In this document: piece by piece, positions 15,622-21,855 of the stretch | Position numbering within the stretch: position 1 is the first letter of the stretch | Layout of the letters: each line of letters begins with the position of its first letter | DNA from: a virus | Strand: one strand, 5' to 3' | Length of the DNA stretch: 34,520 nt | Virus record (IMG/VR): IMGVR_UViG_3300036782_000036 | Span: 1-34,520 of that record | Program-made: the position numbers and the translations under genes | Notes under the pieces: model-generated | Databases searched by the model: none | What the model saw: only the letters and a program-made list of their open reading frames with translations | Told to the model about the DNA's origin: nothing

Positions 15622-15671
15622 GATGCCCCGGCAGTCACGGCCGTGCCCCACGGCCCGGCTGCCGGGGCATC
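15622..15671. terminator. Compound bidirectional terminator between the membrane-protein gene and the integrase gene
   Basis: 13-bp perfect outer stem GATGCCCCGGCAG/CTGCCGGGGCATC encloses a 7-bp inner hairpin GGCCGTG-CCC-CACGGCC. It lies between the convergent stops at 15609 and 15687. Confidence 0.75.
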
Positions 15672-15686
15672 GGCGCATCACGCCCC

Positions 15687-16976
15687 CTAGGCCGAGGCAA
15701 CAGCCCGGAGGGAGGGGCGGCCGCCCTGGAGCGTCGTCTCGATCGTTTCCATGGCATCGTCGTCCGCTTCCGGCAGGAGGTGCCCGTACAGATCCGACGT
15801 GGTCTTGATCGACTCGTGCCCGAGGCGCCGCTGTACGTAGGTGAGCGAGTGGCCGGCCGAGATGAGCGCGGCCGCGTGCGAGTGCCGTAGGTCGTGCGGG
15901 GTCGGGCGCTTGTAGACCGGGAGCATCCCGTCCTTCTTCGCCTTGCGGATCGCACGCTGCCACCGGTCATAGAAGGTGCTGTAGTGGAGCCGCTGCCCCT
16001 GGTCTCCCGTGAAGAACAGGCCGTCGTCGTCGAGGCCCTCGACCCTGCGTAGTTCGTCCAGCGCCTCGATCACGGACGTACTGACCCGGATGGTGCGCCG
16101 CCCCCGCTTGGACTTGGGCATGCCGACGTAGTAGCCGCCCTCGCCGTCCTTCTTCCATGCCCGATGGACCTGGAGCCGTATGCGAGCGGGGTCGGAGTCG
16201 AGGAGGCAGTACGGCGCAAGCGCCGTGAGCTCGCTGTACCGCAGCCCTGTCCCGTACTTGACCTCCACCATCAGCTGGTCCTGGCGGATGGTGAGCCGGT
16301 CCCGGATGGCCGCCACTTCTTGCGGGGTGAGGAACTCGATGTCCTCGTCCTCGGGAGTAGCGCCGCCGTCGTCGCGGCGGGGCAGGTTGGTCCGCTCGCA
16401 TGGGTTGCGAGCACGGAGCGGCGGCTCGGCCTGGACAGCCTCGTTGAGGATCGAGCTAAGGAGGCCGTGGAGGTTCCTGATGGTCTTGGGGGACATTGGC
16501 CTGTTGCGGGGGCCACGCCCCTTCCGCACCTTGGTCTGCTCCAAGACACGGACCCATGCACGGATGGTGTCACTCGAAAAGTGTTTGACGCTGCGGACGT
16601 CGCATTCGCCGAAGGTCGGGAAGATGTACATCTCCAACTCGCGGTGGCACGCCTTGCGGTAGTGCTCCTCGATGCCGGTTCGCAGGTCGATGGTCCGGGT
16701 GGCGTAGGCGCGGAATCGGTACCGCGCATCGTCGATGGCGTCGGCCTCCTCGGGGACGATGTACCCCTTCCCCTTGATCCATCCCGCAGGCCACCGCTGG
16801 CCAGCCTCGTCGACGGCCTGCTTGAAGATGTCAGCCGCGGCTTTGCCTTCGTCGTCGCCGTCGAACTTCTCCGTCGCCCACTGGGGGTCACCAGGTCGGC
16901 GGTTTGCGTCTCGCCACTTCACCTGGTAACTGGTGATCTCTCCATCGCGGCTCTTCCGCGGGTGCACGCTCGCCAT
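15687..16976 (-). CDS. int: Tyrosine-type integrase (site-specific recombinase, 429 aa)
   Basis: Catalytic-domain motifs TGLRYSEL, HDLRHSHAAALISAG and LGHESIKTTSDLYGHL (R...HxxR...Y). An N-terminal SAM-like/arm-binding region is present. It lies adjacent to the tRNA-like attP core. Confidence 0.92.
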   Translation of the reverse strand: MASVHPRKSRDGEITSYQVKWRDANRRPGDPQWATEKFDGDDEGKAAADIFKQAVDEAGQRWPAGWIKGKGYIVPEEADAIDDARYRFRAYATRTIDLRTGIEEHYRKACHRELEMYIFPTFGECDVRSVKHFSSDTIRAWVRVLEQTKVRKGRGPRNRPMSPKTIRNLHGLLSSILNEAVQAEPPLRARNPCERTNLPRRDDGGATPEDEDIEFLTPQEVAAIRDRLTIRQDQLMVEVKYGTGLRYSELTALAPYCLLDSDPARIRLQVHRAWKKDGEGGYYVGMPKSKRGRRTIRVSTSVIEALDELRRVEGLDDDGLFFTGDQGQRLHYSTFYDRWQRAIRKAKKDGMLPVYKRPTPHDLRHSHAAALISAGHSLTYVQRRLGHESIKTTSDLYGHLLPEADDDAMETIETTLQGGRPSLRAVASA

Positions 16977-17074
16977 GGCGTGACACTAGACCCTGTGTTC
17001 CCGTCGCGTTCCCACGGGGCAGTGAATTTGAGGCGAGGCACCCCCATCCTTGCAGGTGGAGGGCCTGTCGCCGC

Positions 17075-17099
17075 TGGTGCCCGGAACCGGACTCGAACC
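17075..17099 (-). other. tRNA 3'-end mimic (T-loop, acceptor 3' strand, discriminator, CCA); putative crossover core
   Basis: The minus strand reads GGTTCGAGTCCGGTTCCGGGCACCA. No complete cloverleaf can be folded upstream, so this is a fragment and not a tRNA gene. Confidence 0.7.
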
Positions 17100-17151
17100 T
17101 GTTCCGACTAGGCGCCTGACCTGCGATAACGCTGTGAGCTCTACGTTTCTT

Positions 17152-17180
17152 ACCGCCGGGACCCGTTTGGGCCCGGCGGT
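17152..17180. terminator. Hairpin downstream of the repressor-like gene, inside the attP arm
   Basis: 9-bp stem ACCGCCGGG/CCCGGCGGT with an 11-nt loop. TCCCGTTTC follows on the + strand. Confidence 0.4.
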
Positions 17181-17297
17181 TCCCGTTTCAGGCCGCCTCT
17201 GTGTTCCCGTGGGAACACAGGCGGGAACACCGCAGGTCGAGCAGGGGTGAAGCGCGCCGAGCGATGACATGGCGGGAACTCGTCGCCGAGGCCTCAA

Positions 17298-17708
17298 TCA
17301 GGCCGTGCGTCGTGCCTCGGGCGGGATGCGGTCGCCGAGTCGGCGGAGAACTTCCGCCTGCACTCGCACGGGGAGGCTGTCCAGGATTGTGAGGATCGCC
17401 GCGGCCTGCGGATCGATCGGCTCATCCTGCGGGGGCGCCGCCGGGATTGGCGCGGCCGTTTCCACGGTCGGCTCACCGCCGGCCATCACGTCATCCGCAC
17501 TGCGCACGGTCCAGCCGAGGGCCCGTTCCAGCTTCCGATACGTAACGGGGCTGACGCGCACCCCCTTGCGGATCTTGGCGAGGGTCTCGATGGAAAAGTC
17601 TGCGCGCTCGGCGACCTCGGTGAACTGCATCCCTTGTGCGGCGATGTAGTTCTCCACGGTGTCGCCGAGTCTGGCGAGCTCCTCGGCTCCGTACCCAGCC
17701 TCCGTCAT
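17298..17708 (-). CDS. CI-like repressor candidate (HTH, 136 aa), probably on a leaderless mRNA
   Basis: HTH segment MQFTEVAERADFSIETLAKIRKGVRVSPVTYRKLERAL. It is divergent from a Cro-like gene across an operator-rich region. There is no SD. A TAGCTT -10-like hexamer ends 6 nt before the ATG. Confidence 0.75.
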   Translation of the reverse strand: MTEAGYGAEELARLGDTVENYIAAQGMQFTEVAERADFSIETLAKIRKGVRVSPVTYRKLERALGWTVRSADDVMAGGEPTVETAAPIPAAPPQDEPIDPQAAAILTILDSLPVRVQAEVLRRLGDRIPPEARRTA

Positions 17709-17902
17709 GCGGCCAAGCTACAGCTTGGCTCCAACTTGCTCCAATGCCCTCCCAGCCACATGACCGTTTTTCACTGCACCATCACGTTTCGATGATCAGA
17801 TTCCGCAACGTGGTGCCACGTTGGAACGCCCACCCTCCAACCTTGGACAAGATCGCTCCAATTTCCGCTTGACCAACTCCAACGTTGGAGTATGTTGGAG
17901 TC
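17709..17902. promoter_or_regulatory. Lysis/lysogeny switch region: back-to-back promoters and repeated CTCCAA/TTGGAG operator half-sites
   Basis: CTCCAA at 17729, 17739, 17835, 17856 and 17877. TTGGA(G/A/C) at 17821, 17843, 17885 and 17895. A 16-bp perfect palindrome ACTCCAACGTTGGAGT lies at 17876-17891. An inverted repeat CAACGTGG-TG-CCACGTTG lies at 17806-17823. GC content is visibly reduced. Confidence 0.75.
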
Positions 17903-18121
17903 ATGTTGAACCGCACGGTTGACGGCCGAAAGGTCCGCGACCTGCGGCGACGACGCGGCCTGTCGGTCGTCGCCGTCGCTGAGGCCGCAGGCTGCTCGAA
18001 GTGGATGATCTACAAGATCGAAACGGGGGCGAACCAGCCCTCGCCCCGCGTCTACGCCGGAATGCGAGACGTCCTTAAGGCGACTGAGTCCCAGCTCCTG
18101 CGCGGCAGGAGGGCTCGGTAA
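17903..18121 (+). CDS. Cro-like HTH regulator (72 aa)
   Basis: HTH segment VRDLRRRRGLSVVAVAEAAGCSKWMIYKIETGANQPS. TTGACC (17869-17874), a 16-nt spacer and TATGTT (17891-17896) sit just upstream, placing the transcription start at about the ATG. The ORF-track TTG start at 17885 is less likely. Confidence 0.75.
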   Translation: MLNRTVDGRKVRDLRRRRGLSVVAVAEAAGCSKWMIYKIETGANQPSPRVYAGMRDVLKATESQLLRGRRAR

Positions 18122-18363
18122 TGCCGCTCTCCCCTAACTACACCGTCGCCGAGGCCGCAGAGCTCCTTCGCTGCAAGGAGCGGTACCTCGAAGACAACCT
18201 GTCCCGGCTGCCTCACCAGAAGATCGGCATCGCCGTCGCCTTCGACGACGAAGACCTCGCCGCGATCAAGGACATGCACCGGGTCCGCCCGCAGCGTGCG
18301 ACCGCTGATGTCGCGCCCCGAACCCTCGCGCAGATCCGCCCCAAGGGCGCGCGCGCTTCCTGA
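18121..18363 (+). CDS. Excisionase/MerR-like HTH DNA-binding protein (80 aa)
   Basis: YTVAEAAELLRCKERYLEDNLSRLPHQKIGIAVAFDDEDLAAI resembles the HTH_17/excisionase family. Its start overlaps the upstream stop by 1 nt (TAATG). Confidence 0.6.
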   Translation: MPLSPNYTVAEAAELLRCKERYLEDNLSRLPHQKIGIAVAFDDEDLAAIKDMHRVRPQRATADVAPRTLAQIRPKGARAS

Positions 18364-18433
18364 ACCCGGGAGACCGAGGCCCTGGCCGGCCTCGGTGCCC
18401 GTCGTCGGCACCTCAACCACGAATCGAGGAACC

Positions 18434-18670
18434 GTGACCAACCGTACCGACTCCCAGCAGCCCGACCCCACCCCCGACGGCGTCCTGTGCCGGGCCGCCG
18501 ACGGCTCCCTGTGGCGCACCGCCGGCCGCACCCGCCTCGGTGAGCAGCTGTACGTCCTCGACGGCGTCGACATCAAGTCCTGCCCGAAGTGGGTCCGCGA
18601 GCGCGAGGAGCTCCTCGCCGAGCTCACCGGCGGCCCGCTCACCCTCGTGGACGAGGAGGCCGCCGCGTGA
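18434..18670 (+). CDS. Hypothetical early protein (78 aa)
   Basis: GTG after GAGGA (18426-18430). High GC3. A GTG at 18395 is an alternative start. Confidence 0.55.
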   Translation: MTNRTDSQQPDPTPDGVLCRAADGSLWRTAGRTRLGEQLYVLDGVDIKSCPKWVREREELLAELTGGPLTLVDEEAAA

Positions 18671-18759
18671 TCGCCGCCGCTATGTCCCTCGTGTGGATCC
18701 TCGGCGCCCTCGGCGTCATCGCCGCCCTCTCCGAGCGCCGGAAGGGGGAGCGTCGATGA
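18667..18759 (+). CDS. 30-aa membrane micro-protein (not in the ORF track)
   Basis: GTGA coupling upstream and ATGA coupling downstream. Hand translation: VIAAAMSLVWILGALGVIAALSERRKGERR. Confidence 0.4.
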   Translation: MIAAAMSLVWILGALGVIAALSERRKGERR

Positions 18760-19265
18760 CTGTCCGCCTTACCCCCGAGCGGCTCACTGAGATCCGCGCC
18801 GGACAGCACTCCTACCGCACGACCGAGCAGCTCGACCGAGACATCCGTGACCTCCTGGCCGAGCGCGAGCAGCTGCTCGCCGAGGTAGCGAGGGGGAAGG
18901 ACACCGCCTCGTGCGGCGAGTCCACCCCCGCGCCGCACCGGGCCGGCCACGCCGAGGTCCGATTCACGGCGTACGGGCTGGTCCCGCTGATCGGTCCGGT
19001 CGTGGAGGACCTGGAGCCCGACTACTACGGGCACGTCCACCGCCAGCTCGGCGGTTGGCTGCCCGACACCTGGAGCGGCGAGCACCTGCACGGCACCGAG
19101 CACATGGAGTTCGCGCACGTGCCGGGCCTGGTCATGCCGACCGACACCAACGTCCAGGTCCACACCAAGACATCCAGAGACGGCTCCCGGTACATGGCGA
19201 TCCAGTGGAGGCGGGAACGCCCGTCCACCGCACAGCACTTCGGCACGCTGGGGAGGACGGCATGA
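18756..19265 (+). CDS. Hypothetical early protein (169 aa)
   Basis: ATGA overlap. GGGGGAG lies upstream. High GC3. N-terminal coiled-coil-like segment. No family recognised. Confidence 0.65.
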   Translation: MTVRLTPERLTEIRAGQHSYRTTEQLDRDIRDLLAEREQLLAEVARGKDTASCGESTPAPHRAGHAEVRFTAYGLVPLIGPVVEDLEPDYYGHVHRQLGGWLPDTWSGEHLHGTEHMEFAHVPGLVMPTDTNVQVHTKTSRDGSRYMAIQWRRERPSTAQHFGTLGRTA

Positions 19266-19594
19266 GCGACACCTTCCACGCGCTCCTGTCCCGTCGCTGT
19301 TGTGACGTCCCCGAGAACCTGGGGAAGGGAAACGTACAGCGCGCCCGCTGGCGGTTGTTCGTCGTGCTGCCGAACTCGGCGCAGTTTCCGCAATTCGAGT
19401 GGCCGGTCTCTCGTCGGAACGTGATCCCGACCCCCGACGAGCGCGTGCGGGCCCTGGCCTCCCTCGGGTACCGCCTGGCCCCGGACGCGGAGTGGACCTG
19501 GACCGAGGACGAGACGCCCGGCTACCACGGCCACCCCTCGGCCGTCAGCCTGCTCGGCGGGACGTCCGTCGTTCCGGCCTCGGGCGGTGAGTGA
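19262..19594 (+). CDS. Hypothetical early protein (110 aa)
   Basis: ATGA overlap. Coding-like composition. Confidence 0.6.
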   Translation: MSDTFHALLSRRCCDVPENLGKGNVQRARWRLFVVLPNSAQFPQFEWPVSRRNVIPTPDERVRALASLGYRLAPDAEWTWTEDETPGYHGHPSAVSLLGGTSVVPASGGE

Positions 19595-19968
19595 TGGCCA
19601 CCGACCCCATGGACTTCTGCCCCAACGAAAAGTGCGGCGGGGCCCGTGACGCGTGCGGCTGCCCGTCCGACCTCACCACCCAGGCCCTCATGGTCTGCCT
19701 GGCCTGCGGCGGCCGGTGGTGGAGGCCGTACGGCAGCACCTCGACCCGCTGTCCGCACCCCGACTGCGGCCAGGACCTGTCCCTGATCTCCATCCCGGCC
19801 TCCCGGCCGCCCGAGCGCGACGCCGACGGCCAGCTGCTCGACAGCGGCGACCCGGGCGACGAGGACGAGTGCCACGCCGAACTGATCGACGGCTCCTGGA
19901 CCTACTGCGGCTGCGAGGACTGCGAGCAGCGCGAGGAAGACGACACCGAGATGGAGATGTACGGATGA
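19594..19968 (+). CDS. Hypothetical Cys-rich (multi zinc-ribbon-like) acidic protein (124 aa)
   Basis: Its start overlaps the upstream stop; GTG 19591 is the in-frame alternative. Motifs CPNEKCGG, CLACGG, CPHPDCG and CGCEDC. Confidence 0.6.
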   Translation: MATDPMDFCPNEKCGGARDACGCPSDLTTQALMVCLACGGRWWRPYGSTSTRCPHPDCGQDLSLISIPASRPPERDADGQLLDSGDPGDEDECHAELIDGSWTYCGCEDCEQREEDDTEMEMYG

Positions 19969-20462
19969 CCGGCCCCGAGCACTACCGACAGGCGGAGCAA
20001 CTCGCAGACCAGGCCCACCACTTCACCTACGGCGACGGCGCCGACCCGGTCGTCGGTGCGGCGCTCGCCACCGAGGCGCAGGTGCACGCCACGCTCGCGC
20101 TCGCCGCCGCGCTGCCCGTGGCCCAGGCGGCTCCCATGGCTGCTCGGGACGTCACGGTCTACCGCTCCGCCTACGAGCACGAGCCGTTCCCGCTCGGCCT
20201 GTACTCGAACCTCGAGGCGGCACAGGCCCATTGCGAGGCCGTTGTCAGCCGGGAGCACGGAGACGACGTCGCCCTCTTCTTCGACTGGATCGAGGACGAG
20301 GACGAGCGCGAGCCGCTGTGGGAGCTCGTCGTCCGGATCGGCGTCGACGAGCAGCCCTCCGGCTACACCGTCGCGGCCGTGGTGGCCGAGGGCGACTACA
20401 CCCCGGAGGTCGACGCCTGGGTCAAGTCCGCCGGCACCAGCACCCCGACGGGCGGCCGGTGA
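19965..20462 (+). CDS. Hypothetical early protein (165 aa)
   Basis: ATGA overlap. High GC3. Confidence 0.6.
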   Translation: MTGPEHYRQAEQLADQAHHFTYGDGADPVVGAALATEAQVHATLALAAALPVAQAAPMAARDVTVYRSAYEHEPFPLGLYSNLEAAQAHCEAVVSREHGDDVALFFDWIEDEDEREPLWELVVRIGVDEQPSGYTVAAVVAEGDYTPEVDAWVKSAGTSTPTGGR

Positions 20463-20911
20463 TGGACGAGCCCGCCCGCACCTTCCCGGAGCTCACCGTC
20501 GCGTGCCCGACGTGCGACGCGGCCGCCGGGCGCCTGTGCACCAGCCACGGCGGCACCCGTGTACGCCGCGACACCGTCCACCAGCGGCGCCGTACCGCCT
20601 GGGGCGGCATCCAGAAGCAGAAGGCCCGGACCCGCGCCGCCCGCACGGCCTCGGGTGCCTCGACGGCCCAGAAGACCTGGAACCGCGGCAAGGCCGGTAC
20701 GCCGACGGCGCCGGCCCCGGTGCCCACCGGCCGGGACTGCGCGGTCTCCGGCTGCGGCGAGCTCGCGTCCGCGCCCCGGCCCGCCGCCCGCATGGTCCGC
20801 GTCGACCTGGACGGCTCGCGTGAGCCCGCCCGCTGGTACTGCCCCGGCCCGTGCCGGGCGTACGGCGAGGCCCTCGCCGAGGTCCGCGCGATCGGAGTCT
20901 CCCGTGCCTAA
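20462..20911 (+). CDS. Hypothetical zinc-ribbon, basic protein (149 aa)
   Basis: Its start overlaps the upstream stop. Contains an N-terminal CPTCDAAAGRLCTSH motif, a basic middle region and a C-terminal CxxC...C. Confidence 0.55.
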   Translation: MDEPARTFPELTVACPTCDAAAGRLCTSHGGTRVRRDTVHQRRRTAWGGIQKQKARTRAARTASGASTAQKTWNRGKAGTPTAPAPVPTGRDCAVSGCGELASAPRPAARMVRVDLDGSREPARWYCPGPCRAYGEALAEVRAIGVSRA

Positions 20912-21182
20912 CGTCCTCGGCCTGGCCGTCCTGGCCCTCCTGCTCACCGGCGCCGCGACCGTGGTGGTCGGCGCCGTGTGCGGGACGCTCGCCGCCGGCC
21001 GCGCGCTGCACCGGCTGCTGTGGCCCCGGCCGCTCCCCGCGGCCGTCGTCCCGACCCCGCGCCGCTACGCGTGGGTGGCCTGCGACACCCCCAGGTGCGG
21101 GCACCTCCAGACGCCGCACTACCCCGCCGGTCCCGGCCGCGTGCAGTGCAACCACTGCGGCACCGTCCGCCCCTCGCCGTGA
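20904..21182 (+). CDS. Hypothetical membrane-anchored zinc-ribbon protein (92 aa)
   Basis: GTG after GGAG. N-terminal TM segment LGLAVLALLLTGAATVVVGAV. C-terminal CDTPRCGH....CNHCG. Confidence 0.55.
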   Translation: MPNVLGLAVLALLLTGAATVVVGAVCGTLAAGRALHRLLWPRPLPAAVVPTPRRYAWVACDTPRCGHLQTPHYPAGPGRVQCNHCGTVRPSP

Positions 21183-21385
21183 AGCGTCGGCCGCCGCCGT
21201 GCGACCACATCGCCGGGCACGGCCTCCTCCGTGCCCGCCTGTACGTCACCGGCTGGTGCTGCGACCGCCACACCCCCGCCGCCCTCGCCGGGCGCCCCGA
21301 GGTCCCACCCGGGCCCGGCTGGCCGTCCGGCTCCTACCTCAACACCCGCACCGAACCGTCCCGCACCACCAGGAGCAGCCCGTGA
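21179..21385 (+). CDS. Hypothetical small protein (68 aa)
   Basis: GTGA overlaps at both ends. Motif CDH....GWCCDRHTP. Confidence 0.5.
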   Translation: MKRRPPPCDHIAGHGLLRARLYVTGWCCDRHTPAALAGRPEVPPGPGWPSGSYLNTRTEPSRTTRSSP

Positions 21386-21786
21386 GCACGATCCCCACCC
21401 CCGCCGATGTCTTCCGCCGCCCGGCCCGCCCGGCGCTCGCCCCCGAGCCCCACAACCCGGTCGCCGACCCCCCGTTCCGGAGCCTGTGGGAGCAGGGCAT
21501 CAACGGCTCGAAGCTGCTCGTGAACACCAAGCTGGTCGCCCTGACGCTGGCCACCCACGCCGACTGGGCCACCGGCCACATCCCCGACGACGCGCAGCCT
21601 CGCCTCGGCCGCCTCGTCGACCTCACCCGCGTGGACGTCGGCCTGGTCGTCGTCTCGCTCAACGTGCTGGAACAGCGCGGATGGATCACGAGGACCGACC
21701 GCCGGCGCCGCTGGAACGTCGCGGACGTCCAGCTCGCGATCCCCGGCCCGATCATGCGCCGCCTCCTCAAGAAGGCCCGCACCTGA
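21382..21786 (+). CDS. Winged-helix DNA-binding protein (134 aa), replication- or regulation-associated
   Basis: GTG after AGGAG. The segment KLVALTLATHADW....LGRLVDLTRVDVGLVVVSLNVLEQRGWITR is wHTH-like. It looks paralogous to the N-terminus of the next gene. Confidence 0.6.
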   Translation: MSTIPTPADVFRRPARPALAPEPHNPVADPPFRSLWEQGINGSKLLVNTKLVALTLATHADWATGHIPDDAQPRLGRLVDLTRVDVGLVVVSLNVLEQRGWITRTDRRRRWNVADVQLAIPGPIMRRLLKKART

Positions 21787-21793
21787 CGGCCCC

Positions 21794-21815
21794 GGCCGGG
21801 GCGCGCGCCCCGGCC
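21794..21815. terminator. 22-bp perfect GC palindrome (hairpin/attenuator or protein-binding site)
   Basis: GGCCGGGGCGCGCGCCCCGGCC lies 8 nt after the stop at 21786 and 40 nt before the initiator-like gene. Confidence 0.4.
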
Positions 21816-21855
21816 CGCCTGGCCCCGCACCACACGAGCAAGGAAGGACGACGTC

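Larger units (their letters stand above)
16990..17290. mobile_element. attP: attP region: tRNA 3'-end-like core flanked by repeated GTTCCC(G/A)/GGGAAC arm-type motifs
   Basis: Core at 17075-17099. The 12-bp exact repeat CTGTGTTCCCGT occurs at 16993-17004 and 17199-17210. Further GTTCCC copies start at 17008 and 17179. Inverted GGGAAC copies lie at 17211, 17223 and 17274. The region is non-coding and sits between the integrase and repressor genes. Confidence 0.7.

Noticed and set aside
17075-17150. Possible complete tRNA gene on the minus strand.
   Set aside because: Only the T-loop, acceptor 3' strand and CCA are recognisable. I could not form an anticodon stem or D-arm with any variable-loop length, and no GCCCGGA 5' acceptor strand lies at the right distance. 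I interpret it as an attP tRNA fragment.
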